Source: a virus (lineage: Duplodnaviria; Caudoviricetes). From it: 64,000 nt of DNA. Location of the stretch: positions 160,001 to 224,000 of the IMG/VR virus record IMGVR_UViG_3300033498_000048; one strand, written 5' to 3'. The translations under genes and the position numbers were made by a program. Shown piece after piece: positions 18,401-28,670 of the stretch. Positions within the stretch are counted from its first letter, which is position 1. Every line of letters begins with the position of its first letter. The notes below the pieces were generated by a model. That model worked only from the letters and a program-made list of their open reading frames with translations. It ran no database searches and had not been told where the DNA came from.

Positions 18401-19048
18401 ATGAAAAAATGGAAAATATCAAACGATTGTTTAGATATTATTAAACAAGAAAGTCCTTATTATCAAACACCAGTTTTATTAAATACATTAGAAGTTTTCC
18501 CTTCTAGGCATATCCATGTTTTAGGACATAACATAACAACGTATGTTTGGACTCCACACCGTTCAACTGACCGATATACTGTCCAATCAAGTTTAAAACG
18601 CTGTGAAAAACTACTTAATGACCAATTGAATGATTTACGTCCAAAGTTTAAAGAAATTGCAGACCAAATAAATCAAAATCAAATTGATGCAATAGCAAGT
18701 TGTCTACAAAGTATGTGGATTGAATTAGAGTCGGAACATACTATCATTGATGAGTTTCTTAAAACCCGTTTTTTTAAATCAATGAAAATAGACAAATTTG
18801 AAAGAGCTTCAAATGACCTAAGCAATCACACATCATTTTATTTTCCTAGATATTATCCAGAAGAAGTTGTGCGGGATAATGATAAAAACGAATTGGGAAA
18901 ACGCAGACGAAAAGAGTGTAGACTATTTGACACAACGCAAGAAGAAGCTAAAAGCAATCTACCAGATTCAAATATGTTTGCGTTGGCTAAAAAAATGAAA
19001 AACCCAAAAGAACGTGCTAAGTTTATCAAGCAATTTATGTCAATTTAA
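18401..19048 (+). CDS. hypothetical protein
   Basis: 215-aa ORF with no recognised motif. Confidence 0.6.
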   Translation: MKKWKISNDCLDIIKQESPYYQTPVLLNTLEVFPSRHIHVLGHNITTYVWTPHRSTDRYTVQSSLKRCEKLLNDQLNDLRPKFKEIADQINQNQIDAIASCLQSMWIELESEHTIIDEFLKTRFFKSMKIDKFERASNDLSNHTSFYFPRYYPEEVVRDNDKNELGKRRRKECRLFDTTQEEAKSNLPDSNMFALAKKMKNPKERAKFIKQFMSI

Positions 19049-19061
19049 TTGGAACTAAAAT

Positions 19062-19562
19062 ATGTCTGAACTAAAAAAAGGTACAACAGGGAATAATTAC
19101 AATCTAGCGATGGGTACGAATTATAAATTCGAGCTACATGATGCTGGAGCTGAATCCTTTAATTATTTTATTCAAGATGCTATTATTCCTGGATTAGCAA
19201 TGGGTTCAATTGAAGGTGCGTATCAAAATGAGCAAACCTTTGTTCCAGGGAATAGAATTGATTATGAACCATTTAATACCTCATTTATCGTATCTGAAGA
19301 TTTTGATAACTATTTTTTTATATATGATTGGTTACATAAAATGCGTGATATTGAAACTCCATTTAAACATACCAGAGATGGAACATTACACATTTTTAGT
19401 AACAACAAAACTTATAATTTAGAAGTTAGGTTTTTTGGTATGTTTCCAACTAGCTTAGGTGAATTATCTTTTATGAGTAATACACTTTCAACCGAGCCTT
19501 TAATCTGTATGGTATCGTTTGCATATGAATGGTTCGAGATTTACAATAAAGACAGAGTTTAG
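19062..19562 (+). CDS. gp3: tail tube terminator / tail completion protein (gp3-like, gp19 fold)
   Basis: IIPGLAMG...PGNRIDYEPFNTSFIVSEDFDNY..IYDWL. Position upstream of uvsY/uvsW as in many T4-like phages. Confidence 0.8.
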   Translation: MSELKKGTTGNNYNLAMGTNYKFELHDAGAESFNYFIQDAIIPGLAMGSIEGAYQNEQTFVPGNRIDYEPFNTSFIVSEDFDNYFFIYDWLHKMRDIETPFKHTRDGTLHIFSNNKTYNLEVRFFGMFPTSLGELSFMSNTLSTEPLICMVSFAYEWFEIYNKDRV

Positions 19563-19599
19563 TAGTATTATCAAAGCTCATTACTGTCAATCATTACAA

Positions 19600-20220
19600 A
19601 TCAATAGGTTAGCACTTGATACCGTTAGGTAATTAATATATCGTTCCAAGTGCTAACCAGTTGATATTTGATTACATTCTTGTCAATTATTAAGAATCAA
19701 TGAGTTAGCACTTACATTGGTCTATTAATTATATAACAGTTACAACTGCTAACCTATTGATATTATTAATACTACATCACATCCAATTAAATCAATGACT
19801 TAGCACTTACAACGGTTATATAATTAATAGACCAATGCAAGTGCTAAGTCATTGATTCTTGATAACCGATATTATGTCCAACCAAGTGTTAGCTATAACT
19901 GTCAATTAAATATAAATCAATAAGTTAGCATTTGGAACAGTCTTATAATTAGTAAATGGTATCAAGTGCTAAGTCACTTGACTTAAAATGAATTAGACAA
20001 CTTCACTATTGGTTCTAAAATGATTAGAGCATTACCAATCATTCTCAATTTTAACCGATTTACCGTTGGTACTAAGAATCAATGACTTAGCACTTGCATT
20101 GGTCTGTTAATTATATAACCGTTGTAAGTGCTAACCTATTGATTTTTATTCACTGTCAATTAAATATAAATCAATAAGTTAGCATTTGGAACAGTCTTAC
20201 TAATTAACCTTATGCTAATC
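19600..20220. repeat. Cluster 2 of 66-bp palindromic elements (5 full plus 1 partial)
   Basis: Units at 19600-19665, 19696-19761, 19791-19856, 19916-19981 and 20078-20143, partial from 20170. 48-bp direct repeat at 19898-19945 and 20152-20199. Confidence 0.95.
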
Positions 20221-20223
20221 ACA

Positions 20224-20252
20224 TTGACTATTTTTTGATTCGATAATATAAT
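20224..20252 (+). promoter_or_regulatory. sigma70-type promoter upstream of uvsY
   Basis: TTGACT-N17-TATAAT. Confidence 0.7.
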
Positions 20253-20279
20253 ATAAAATTAACTTATGGAGTTATAATA

Positions 20280-20705
20280 ATGGAATTGGAACAAATACAA
20301 ACCGAAATACAACTTGATAGTGTATTAAATGAAACTAAGCTTGATACTGAAAGTTTAAAGATTCCTATGTTACATTCAAAATGGTACAACTATTTAATAT
20401 TTGAAGCTCAGACATTAAAAAGGGTTGAACGAACATTTAACAAAGTAAAAAAGGCTAGAATTGAATATTATTTAGGGAAAGCTCCAGATGAAGTATATAA
20501 AGAACACCCTAAACCATACAATGTGTTAAAACAGGATTTAGAGTTGTATTTGAGTGCTGATGATGAATATCAAGTTCAACAAGAGTTGATAACTAACCAA
20601 CAAATCAAAATTGATTTAATTGAGCAGTTTTTAAAGCAAGTTTCGCAGCGTTCATTTAATATAAAAAACGCAATAGATTTTATGAAGTTTAAAAGTGGAT
20701 TGTGA
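20280..20705 (+). CDS. uvsY: UvsY recombination mediator
   Basis: LDTESLKIPMLHSKW...YYLGKAP...R.FNIKNAIDF. Confidence 0.92.
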   Translation: MELEQIQTEIQLDSVLNETKLDTESLKIPMLHSKWYNYLIFEAQTLKRVERTFNKVKKARIEYYLGKAPDEVYKEHPKPYNVLKQDLELYLSADDEYQVQQELITNQQIKIDLIEQFLKQVSQRSFNIKNAIDFMKFKSGL

Positions 20706-20983
20706 TGGATAATATAATTAAAAAAATAAATCACATCGTAACAATTGTTGGTGATATAGACTGTTATAATGATGAAATATTAATACAAACATTCCAAGAT
20801 GAATTTAACAACGATAAAGTATATGCTATTACCTTACAATTAGATAAAGCTTTTACGGAATTATATGCTAATGGAAAACCAGTAAATAAGTTATATATTA
20901 ACTATTCAGATTTAGAATATGTAGTATTAGAACAATTACTAAAATTCTCAGAAACCTATATGGATTTATACTATGAAAATTAA
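20702..20983 (+). CDS. hypothetical protein
   Basis: ORF coupled to uvsY. Confidence 0.55.
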   Translation: MMDNIIKKINHIVTIVGDIDCYNDEILIQTFQDEFNNDKVYAITLQLDKAFTELYANGKPVNKLYINYSDLEYVVLEQLLKFSETYMDLYYEN

Positions 20984-20991
20984 AAGGGATT

Positions 20992-21762
20992 GTGATGAGT
21001 AATATCATACTCCACAATGGAGATTGCTTTGAGGTGTTTCACAATATTCCAGATAAGTCTATCGACTTGATATTAACGGATTTACCTTATGGAAAACTAT
21101 CTTGTAAATGGGATATAGTAATTCCATTTACAGTTATGTGGGAAAACATAAACCGAGTCATTAAACCAAACGCTGCTGTTGTTTTGTTTGCAAGCCAACC
21201 GTTTACTAGTTTATTAATTACTTCAAACATTAAGATGTTTAGGTACGAATGGATATGGCAAAAAAACACGAGTGGAAGTTTTGTATTGGCAAAAAAACAA
21301 CCAATGAAGTATCACGAGAATATTTGTGTGTTTTATAATAAACAACCAACTTATAATCCAATTTTCGAGCAATACGCTGAATCAACTAAGATAAGGTTTC
21401 CAAATAATGGACACGTTAATTGCGACAAACTTGTAAACTCAAACAGTTTCAATAACATCCAATCAATAAAACGGGTTAAGGGTGCTGAAATGCTAATGAG
21501 TCGTGGAACATATCCAAAAAGTGTTCAATACTTTAAAGGTGTTCACAATGGAAATAATACTAGGTTACATCCATCACAAAAACCTGTTGATTTGTTAGAA
21601 TATTTAATAAAAACATACACAAATGAAGGCGAGCTTGTATTAGATTTTACTATGGGTAGTGGGTCAACTGGAGTTGCGTGTAAAAATACAAATAGAAACT
21701 TTATCGGTATAGAAAAGGATGAAGATATTTACAACACAGCAAACAATAGATTAAAGGATTAA
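20992..21762 (+). CDS. orphan N6-adenine/N4-cytosine DNA methyltransferase (beta class)
   Basis: TDLPYG, HPSQKP, VLDFTMGSGSTGVAC. Confidence 0.92.
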   Translation: MMSNIILHNGDCFEVFHNIPDKSIDLILTDLPYGKLSCKWDIVIPFTVMWENINRVIKPNAAVVLFASQPFTSLLITSNIKMFRYEWIWQKNTSGSFVLAKKQPMKYHENICVFYNKQPTYNPIFEQYAESTKIRFPNNGHVNCDKLVNSNSFNNIQSIKRVKGAEMLMSRGTYPKSVQYFKGVHNGNNTRLHPSQKPVDLLEYLIKTYTNEGELVLDFTMGSGSTGVACKNTNRNFIGIEKDEDIYNTANNRLKD

Positions 21763-21764
21763 AG

Positions 21765-23252
21765 ATGATAATAATATCAAAGTTAAATGAATTGTATTTA
21801 AAAGTAGATTCGGACGATAGGGGAGTATTAAGAGAAATATCTGATAAGTTTTCATTTATGGTTCCAGGGTATCAATATTCACCACAATATAAAAATGGAG
21901 TTTGGGATGGTAGAATTAAACTCTTTAATGTTAATTTGAGAACTCTGTATTCAGGGTTATTAATGGATTTAATTGATTATTTAAAGTCTGAAAATTATCA
22001 ATTTGATATTTCAGATAAGACAATCATCAAATCACAAACATTGGACTCTGAATTTGATATATTTAAGACTGATGTCTATAACTATACCAATATGTCAGTT
22101 GAAGGTATATACTCATATCAAATGGAAGCATTAATTAAGTGTATATTCTATAATAAAGCCTTGATACTATCCCCCACTGGGTCGGGTAAGAGCCACTTAA
22201 TTTATTTGTTAGTTAGATTTTTATTACAACACTTGGAGCGTGATATTTTAATTTGTGTTCCAACAACAGCATTATGTTCCCAAATTATTGATGATTTTGA
22301 TGATTATGTTGTTGATGATTGGATTGCATATGATAATTGTCATAAAATATACAGTGGACAAGATAAAACATCTAATAAACGAGTTGTTGTTTCTACCTAC
22401 CAATCCTTAGTAAAAATGTCGAGTGACTATTTTAATAAGTTCGATGCTTTAATTGTGGACGAAGCACATCAAGCTGATAGTAAAAGTATTATTAGTATAA
22501 TTGATAATATGGCACACGCTCCATGGAGATTCGGTTTAACTGGAACTTTGAATGGAACTAAAATACATGAATTATGTTTGCGTGGGTTGTTTGGTCCAAC
22601 AATCAAAACAAAAACAACTAAAGAGTTGATGGATATAGGTGTCTTAGCCAAATTGAAAATAGTAGCATATAAGTTAAAGTATTCAGCAGATGATAGGAAA
22701 TTAGTTAGAAAGTTACATAGCGAATATCAAACTGAAATAAAATGGATACTAGAAAATGTTAATAGAAATTCATTCCTAATTAATAAAGCGTTTGAAACAA
22801 CAAAAAACACATTAATATTATTTAATATGTCAGAGCATGGAAAAGAATTATTGCGAATTGCAAATGATATGAATGCTAATGGTACTAAGCAAATATTTTT
22901 TATGAATGGAAATACCAAAACAGATGAACGGGAAGAAATTCGTAAAAATTTAGAATTAATTAATGATGCGATTCTAATAGCATCTTATGGAGTATTTTCA
23001 GTTGGAGCTAATGTTAAAAACATTGACTTTGTGATGTTTGCACACCCGTATAAAGCTAGGATAAGAAACCTCCAGAGTATTGGAAGGTCAATTAGAAAAA
23101 AAGACGGAAAAGACTTTGCAACATTAATAGATATTGGGGATGATTTAACTCAAAATAAAAAACCTAATATCACATATTCCCATTTTACATCAAGGTTGAA
23201 AATTTATACAGCAGAACAATTTGATTACATTATAAGTGAAGTCGATATGTAA
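21765..23252 (+). CDS. uvsW: UvsW SF2 helicase
   Basis: WDGRIKLF, SPTGSGKS, VDEAH, GLTGT, QSIGR. Confidence 0.95.
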   Translation: MIIISKLNELYLKVDSDDRGVLREISDKFSFMVPGYQYSPQYKNGVWDGRIKLFNVNLRTLYSGLLMDLIDYLKSENYQFDISDKTIIKSQTLDSEFDIFKTDVYNYTNMSVEGIYSYQMEALIKCIFYNKALILSPTGSGKSHLIYLLVRFLLQHLERDILICVPTTALCSQIIDDFDDYVVDDWIAYDNCHKIYSGQDKTSNKRVVVSTYQSLVKMSSDYFNKFDALIVDEAHQADSKSIISIIDNMAHAPWRFGLTGTLNGTKIHELCLRGLFGPTIKTKTTKELMDIGVLAKLKIVAYKLKYSADDRKLVRKLHSEYQTEIKWILENVNRNSFLINKAFETTKNTLILFNMSEHGKELLRIANDMNANGTKQIFFMNGNTKTDEREEIRKNLELINDAILIASYGVFSVGANVKNIDFVMFAHPYKARIRNLQSIGRSIRKKDGKDFATLIDIGDDLTQNKKPNITYSHFTSRLKIYTAEQFDYIISEVDM

Positions 23253-23269
23253 ATACAAAAATATTCGAT

Positions 23270-23277
23270 TATAAATA
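23270..23277 (+). promoter_or_regulatory. T4-type late promoter
   Basis: TATAAATA followed by an AGGAG SD. Confidence 0.8.
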
Positions 23278-23297
23278 CTATCTTTTAGGAGTAAGAT

Positions 23298-23588
23298 ATG
23301 TCTCAAAAAGTATTTGAATTGGCTAAAAATGGTCAAGAATCAGGTGTTGTTTTTATCAATTTGGTTAAAGTTGTGAATCCAACACCAGTAGTAGGAACAT
23401 CTACGGTATTAAACCCTGTAGCTCCTACAACTACAGTTTCTGCTGTTGATGGTATTGGTTTCAAAAACGAACAAGCAGATGCTGCATTATCGTCTTTTGC
23501 ATTTGATTCAGTGAACGGTAAAGTTTATATCAAAATCGCTAATACTCATGCAGCCACAGATTGGAAAGAATTGACCCACGCTGCCTAA
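23298..23588 (+). CDS. late hypothetical protein (possible virion component)
   Basis: Late promoter, strong SD and downstream hairpin. Confidence 0.65.
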   Translation: MSQKVFELAKNGQESGVVFINLVKVVNPTPVVGTSTVLNPVAPTTTVSAVDGIGFKNEQADAALSSFAFDSVNGKVYIKIANTHAATDWKELTHAA

Positions 23589-23599
23589 TCCTTAAAATT

Positions 23600-23630
23600 G
23601 GTGGGCATATCAGTTATCGTATGTCCCACC
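23600..23630. terminator. hairpin terminator between convergent units
   Basis: GGTGGGCATA...TATGTCCCACC. Confidence 0.55.
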
Positions 23631-23849
23631 TATTCCACAATAATGTTAAGTAATCTTTTTTGTGGTTTTAAGTTTTTTACAATATATTTAAACACATCAT
23701 CATACGAATAATGTACCTTAGTGCTACCTCTGATTGTATAATATGTGTCGTTACCATATACATTTTCCTCAATAATGTATTCACCTTCAGAATCTATTAA
23801 TGTTTTACCATCACGACTTAACCCAATTAAATATAGTTGTGTTTTTCAT
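23630..23849 (-). pseudogene. probable frameshifted small gene
   Basis: ATG at 23849 closes after 12 codons. Removing one A from the A5 run gives an open frame of about 70 aa, MKTQLYLIGLSRDGK...IIVE*. Confidence 0.3.
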
Positions 23850-24426
23850 ACTCTTTAATTGTTTTTTTGTACACATCAACTATTGCTATGATACCTGCAT
23901 CTGTTAAATCCCTTGTTCCAATTCCAGCATAATTTAATGATAATATTGGAATCTCACATTCAATATACCTATTATATATCCAATTATACCACAATTCAGA
24001 TATACAATCAAATACAAAAACTTCTTTATTGTTAGCGATAGCCATTTCAACAGCGTAACCAGTTCCACCATCAACTGTTACTTTATTTGATTTTGATTTA
24101 AATCCGCGACTATTAGTATTCCCTGGAATAACAAGTCGACTAATTGCTAAAATCCTAGTTGAGTTTTTAACTTGAAACCAGTTCCGACCCAATAAGCTTG
24201 AATACTTATCTGACCAATTTCTACCTAAAACCTTTGCTGCTTTTTTAGCATGATTAATACCTTCGGCAATGTCAGTGTCAGATAATAATTTGTTTCCAAG
24301 TGGAGTTCGTTTACCATGATAATAATGAATGTGGTTAATAAATCCCATATCACGACCTATTATGTCCCAAGCCGAATCTGCACCAGTTGCTCCACCAGAG
24401 TAATTCGTATAATTATGTTGCATCAT
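23827..24426 (-). CDS. SLOG/DprA-like Rossmann-fold protein
   Basis: SGGATGAD, GGTGYAV, YAGIGTR. Confidence 0.75.
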   Translation of the reverse strand: MMQHNYTNYSGGATGADSAWDIIGRDMGFINHIHYYHGKRTPLGNKLLSDTDIAEGINHAKKAAKVLGRNWSDKYSSLLGRNWFQVKNSTRILAISRLVIPGNTNSRGFKSKSNKVTVDGGTGYAVEMAIANNKEVFVFDCISELWYNWIYNRYIECEIPILSLNYAGIGTRDLTDAGIIAIVDVYKKTIKEYEKHNYI

Positions 24427-24673
24427 GTAGTTGAGTCATTGATTGATACCAAAGGGCGATTGGACGATTCCAGACCGTTAAATCATTCAATCTCTGATAT
24501 ACAACTGTTGGTGGATATTCGTCCAACCTGCCTGAATTTAAGTTTGATAGTAAAAGCACGGTATATGTTGAACCATTTTTATGAATCCAAGTCGAACCTA
24601 TTTCTGGATTATTCATCTTTAACCTCCTATAATTATAATACGCCAAATTAACACAATAATAGTATAGTGTCAA
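24413..24673 (-). CDS. DUF1653-like small protein
   Basis: WIHKNGSTYTV...VVYQRL...WNRP. Confidence 0.6.
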   Translation of the reverse strand: MTLYYYCVNLAYYNYRRLKMNNPEIGSTWIHKNGSTYTVLLLSNLNSGRLDEYPPTVVYQRLNDLTVWNRPIALWYQSMTQLHDAT

Positions 24674-24675
24674 AT

Positions 24676-24891
24676 GTCAACAAGTTAGCACTTAGGACAC
24701 ATTAAGTTATTCATTGTCAATTATTATAAATCAATAGGTTAGCACTTACATGGGTGTATTAATTATATAACTGTTCCAAGTGCTAACCTATTGATAGTGT
24801 TATCATTCATTATCAATTATTATAAATCAACAAGTTAGCACTTGGAACGTGTTAGTAATTACTTAATGAGTGTAAGTGCTAAGTCATTGAT
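24676..24891. repeat. Cluster 3 of 66-bp palindromic elements (2 full plus 1 half)
   Basis: 24730-24795 and 24826-24891; half arm at 24676-24694. Confidence 0.95.
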
Positions 24892-24896
24892 TGTTA

Positions 24897-25601
24897 CTAC
24901 TTGCTTAATTTATATATTCCATTAACAAGTGCTAATACTAACTTTACATTTGTAGACATGGGCCAAGGGAAAGTAAGTCCAGTTAATTTACCAGTAGCAA
25001 ATAACAACAGCATTCGAGTTCCTTCTGGTCCACCAAATAATGTTGGTAAATCATAATCACCCTTTACTGCTTTGAGTGCAGATGATAAATCCATATCATA
25101 ATTTGCGTTACCAGTTGATGTACCACCATCATCAAGGAACATCCAAAGCAATAAGCCACCAACAACAACCCCACCAACTTTTTTCAGTGCTGGATGCTTA
25201 ACTAAAAAATCTTGTAATTTTTTTAATTCATTATCTGTCCATTTAACAACTTTTGTTGACGCAACATAATCAGCAATCTTTAATTGTAAATCGGTATATA
25301 ATTGGAATCCAGCTTTTAATTTACTGTATAACATACCAAGACTAAATTTGATTTCCCTAAAAAACTCAAATATTTTTTTGTTTTTACAGGCAACTAATAA
25401 ATCTTGAACACGAGTCTTGGAAATCTGTGCCAATTCTACAAAAAACCAATATTTTTCTTTAATCGCGTCCGTCAATTTAACAAGCTCAAACTCAGTTAAA
25501 AGTTTACCGTTTTCCATCTCAAGCAATCTAATCGCTTCAGAATATGACGCAAAATCTTGGTCATATTCATATTGTTCTAGGAACATCTCAAATGTTAGCA
25601 T
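24897..25601 (-). CDS. putative internal virion protein with capsid-targeting-like N-terminus
   Basis: MLTFEMFLE; TATAAATA at 25626-25633; hydrophobic segment VGGVVVGGLLLWMFL. Confidence 0.6.
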   Translation of the reverse strand: MLTFEMFLEQYEYDQDFASYSEAIRLLEMENGKLLTEFELVKLTDAIKEKYWFFVELAQISKTRVQDLLVACKNKKIFEFFREIKFSLGMLYSKLKAGFQLYTDLQLKIADYVASTKVVKWTDNELKKLQDFLVKHPALKKVGGVVVGGLLLWMFLDDGGTSTGNANYDMDLSSALKAVKGDYDLPTLFGGPEGTRMLLLFATGKLTGLTFPWPMSTNVKLVLALVNGIYKLSK

Positions 25602-25695
25602 ACAATATACCTTATTAAATTCAGGTATTTATATTGCTAGCATTTATATTTGTGTTGTGTTACAATGTGCAAATTGTTTAATTAGGTAGGTTATT

Positions 25696-26337
25696 ATGTT
25701 AGAAATTACAGTGAATGCGGATGTTAGGAATTTTAAAGTTGGAGATGAGTTTAAATTCCAGTTTGATAATGGTTGCAGTGTTATGGTTGGTGAAAATGGT
25801 AGCGGGAAATCAACTATCACAAATGCTATTAGAGGACATTTCATGTCACTCGATAAAGCAAAAGGTGTTGGGAATAGCTTAAATAACTATGACATTGTAA
25901 CCTTATCTAAATCGTTTGATGTAAAAACTGATTATGATTATTGCTTTGTTATTGATTTTCACCTAGATAATCCATTAGCATCAAACAACGCATACGATGC
26001 TGTTGAGTTTTTGATGAATGGTGGATATGCTGTTAAAGATAAGTCACATGGAGAATGTAGTCTACATATGTTGGGTAAACTATTACAACAACTTGACAAT
26101 TTTAGAGCTATTAATAAACTCGCTAAGATTTTGTTGATATTGGACGAACCAGAAAGTGGTATGTCCATTAAAAAACAATTCAAATTGGCAAGTGTTATGA
26201 TTCCTGGAATCATAAAAAAACACAATGTTGATATGTTAATTATTACTCACAACACAATTATTACTTCAAGTGTTGAAACTGTTTTTGATATGGAAACAAA
26301 ACAAATAGTTCCTGTTAATGACTATATTTATAGTTGA
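25696..26337 (+). CDS. ABC/AAA-type ATPase
   Basis: GENGSGKST, SHGE, ILDEPESGMS, ITHN. Confidence 0.85.
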   Translation: MLEITVNADVRNFKVGDEFKFQFDNGCSVMVGENGSGKSTITNAIRGHFMSLDKAKGVGNSLNNYDIVTLSKSFDVKTDYDYCFVIDFHLDNPLASNNAYDAVEFLMNGGYAVKDKSHGECSLHMLGKLLQQLDNFRAINKLAKILLILDEPESGMSIKKQFKLASVMIPGIIKKHNVDMLIITHNTIITSSVETVFDMETKQIVPVNDYIYS

Positions 26338-26343
26338 TATGAT

Positions 26344-26382
26344 ACACGCTCTAATTGCGATATTCAAGCCATTAGAGCGTGT
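26344..26382. terminator. bidirectional hairpin terminator
   Basis: ACACGCTCTAAT/ATTAGAGCGTGT between convergent ORFs. Confidence 0.6.
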
Positions 26383-26390
26383 TGTCATAA

Positions 26391-26720
26391 CTATCGTCTT
26401 TTAGGATAGATAGACTCACCAGTTTCGTGAGGTAATTTGGCTGACGTTTTAACTACGACAGCATTAATATATCCAACTTTTTTAATTAAAATTGTGTTAA
26501 TAACAGCCATATCATCTGGTTCTGATGATATGATTGTTACTGCAACGGTATCACGTTCATCAACATATTCGATTTTTGCTGATGATAAGTCTACTCCATA
26601 ATCACCTAATTCAGATTTAGAATTTTTAAATAATGTATTGGTCATATAGAAACAATACTTCATTTGTACTGATTCGGTCATTTTTGTGTAGGCATTAAAA
26701 CTAATGTGTTTAATTGACAT
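26391..26720 (-). CDS. hypothetical protein
   Basis: ORF with SD and GATAAATA upstream. Confidence 0.55.
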   Translation of the reverse strand: MSIKHISFNAYTKMTESVQMKYCFYMTNTLFKNSKSELGDYGVDLSSAKIEYVDERDTVAVTIISSEPDDMAVINTILIKKVGYINAVVVKTSAKLPHETGESIYPKRR

Positions 26721-26784
26721 ATTAATGTTCCTTAAATATAATTATTTATCAATTGTAATATTTTAGGTAGAGGTGTACTAAACC

Positions 26785-27039
26785 ATGTTATACAAAACAA
26801 CTAATTGTGTATTAAAAATGCAAATCAATGGAGTTTGTCATAGTGCATATTGCACTACGATGGGAAAGGGTATGAAAATTAAATTGGTAATAATCAAATC
26901 AACACATGAAAAAATGCTTAAAAAAGCAATTGCTGCTTATAATAAATTACATTTATCTATAACAATCAACAACGAACAATTGTGGTTTGATGTTGTCAAG
27001 TTTGATAGGAACATTCCAATAGAAGAGTTAAGCCTATGA
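26785..27039 (+). CDS. hypothetical protein
   Basis: ORF with GAGG SD. Confidence 0.5.
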   Translation: MLYKTTNCVLKMQINGVCHSAYCTTMGKGMKIKLVIIKSTHEKMLKKAIAAYNKLHLSITINNEQLWFDVVKFDRNIPIEELSL

Positions 27040-27068
27040 TTGACACAAAATTAACTTCGTAGTATATT
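27040..27068 (+). promoter_or_regulatory. sigma70-type promoter
   Basis: TTGACA-N17-TATATT. Confidence 0.6.
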
Positions 27069-27103
27069 TCGTTAATTCTAAAATTTTAAACGGAGGTTAC
27101 TGA

Positions 27104-28267
27104 ATGATAAGAAAAACGGTAAAAAACTTACATGGCAACGAAGTGTGGGCTGACAAAAGGTATATTTCGATTGATTGCCCTGAAGACCATTGGAAAAATA
27201 TGCCAGATTTCAAAATAAAACCATCAACTGTGTATTGTGCTATATCATTTGAGTTTGAATCACAAGATGATGTACAAACATTTGCCAATACTATAGGACA
27301 AACAATCCACCCTGGAACAAAATCAATATGGCATCCTAAATTAAATATCGGTGATTTTTCAAAAGTTAGATATGTTTCAAATCGTGAACCAGAAAATTCT
27401 ATGAAATATCCAATTTATATTCCATCTAAGGGACGACATAAAAACAGATTAACATCCGACACTCTAATCAAAATGGGTATTAAGCATTATATAGTGGTTG
27501 AAGAATCTGAATATGATTTATATCTTAAAGTATGTAATCCAGATTTTGTAACAGTATTGGTTATTCCACAAAGCTATTTTGATGAATATGAAACATTGGA
27601 CGATTTAGGGTCAACAAAATCAAAGGGACCAGGACCAGCAAGAAACTTTGCATGGGAACATTCAATTTCAATGGGACATAAACGACATTGGGTCTGTGAT
27701 GATAATGTTCAAAATTTTTATCGACTTAATAATAGCAAACGTGTTATTGTTTCAGATAGTGCGATATTTAGAGCAATGGAAGACCATGCTGATAGTTATG
27801 AAAACGTTTATATGTCTGGTCCACACTATCGTTTTTTTGTTCTTCCAAATAAAATCCGTTCTCCATTTTCAATTAATACTAGAATTTACTCTACAAACTT
27901 GATTCTAAATGATATTCCATTTAGATGGCGTGGTAGATATAATGAAGACACGATTTTATCGTTAGATATTTTAGCATCTGGGAATTGTACGTTCCAATAT
28001 TATGCGTTTTTGAGTGGTAAAGTCAAAACTCAATCGATTAAAGGTGGAAACACAGATGAGTTCTATTCAAAAGAAGGGACTAAACCGAAATCACAAATGC
28101 TAAAAGATGTTTACCCAGACATCACAGACGTGGTGTGGAAATTCAATCGGTGGCATCACATCGTTGATTATTCCAAATTTAGAGGCAACAGATTAAAAAC
28201 AAATATTGACTTTGTTCCAAATATCAGTGACAATAACTATGGAATGAAATTGGTGGAAATAAATTAA
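27104..28267 (+). CDS. GT-A fold glycosyltransferase, TET-associated/GREB1-like type, with fused N-terminal domain
   Basis: YPIYIPSKGR, WVCDDN, NTRIYS, WRGRYNEDTILSL. Confidence 0.75.
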   Translation: MIRKTVKNLHGNEVWADKRYISIDCPEDHWKNMPDFKIKPSTVYCAISFEFESQDDVQTFANTIGQTIHPGTKSIWHPKLNIGDFSKVRYVSNREPENSMKYPIYIPSKGRHKNRLTSDTLIKMGIKHYIVVEESEYDLYLKVCNPDFVTVLVIPQSYFDEYETLDDLGSTKSKGPGPARNFAWEHSISMGHKRHWVCDDNVQNFYRLNNSKRVIVSDSAIFRAMEDHADSYENVYMSGPHYRFFVLPNKIRSPFSINTRIYSTNLILNDIPFRWRGRYNEDTILSLDILASGNCTFQYYAFLSGKVKTQSIKGGNTDEFYSKEGTKPKSQMLKDVYPDITDVVWKFNRWHHIVDYSKFRGNRLKTNIDFVPNISDNNYGMKLVEIN

Positions 28268-28429
28268 ATGACTACTAGAAAAATATTAATACGTTTTGCA
28301 TCTCAAAGTGATGTGGATGATTTTATCAAAAAAACTGGCATTAACATCAATACTAAAATGACACGATGCAAATATGCTCCAAAACTATCATTAAAGCGTT
28401 TCATTAAACGAAAAACTGAGGAAGTATAA
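28268..28429 (+). CDS. small protein resembling the N-terminal domain of the preceding glycosyltransferase
   Basis: Manual translation MTTRKILIRFASQSDVDDFIKKTGININ..., compared with ISFEFESQDDVQTFANTIG in 27104..28267. Confidence 0.5.
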   Translation: MTTRKILIRFASQSDVDDFIKKTGININTKMTRCKYAPKLSLKRFIKRKTEEV

Positions 28430-28653
28430 TGAAAACTAAAGTTGTATTTAAAATTCTTGAAGGTAATGTAATTGCATTGTTTCCAGATATTCGTGAAAGT
28501 GGCAATACAATTCTCAGTTATATGCACATCGGTCAACATAGTGCAGCAGCTAGATGTTGGTTATATGAATTAGTTGATGCCACTGTTGCACAATATAGTC
28601 AACTCAAAAAAGAGTTAATTAGTATTGGGTATGATTTACAGCTAATTAATTAA
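28429..28653 (+). CDS. hypothetical phage protein
   Basis: VIALFPD...SYMHIGQHS...YSQLKKEL.SIGY. Confidence 0.6.
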   Translation: MKTKVVFKILEGNVIALFPDIRESGNTILSYMHIGQHSAAARCWLYELVDATVAQYSQLKKELISIGYDLQLIN

Positions 28654-28670
28654 TGTGTTAAACATTTCCA

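Noticed and set aside
19600-20220. Integron attC sites (GTTAGC/GCTAAC ends)
   Set aside because: No gene cassettes between units, no integrase, and the arm order within a unit is opposite to attC.
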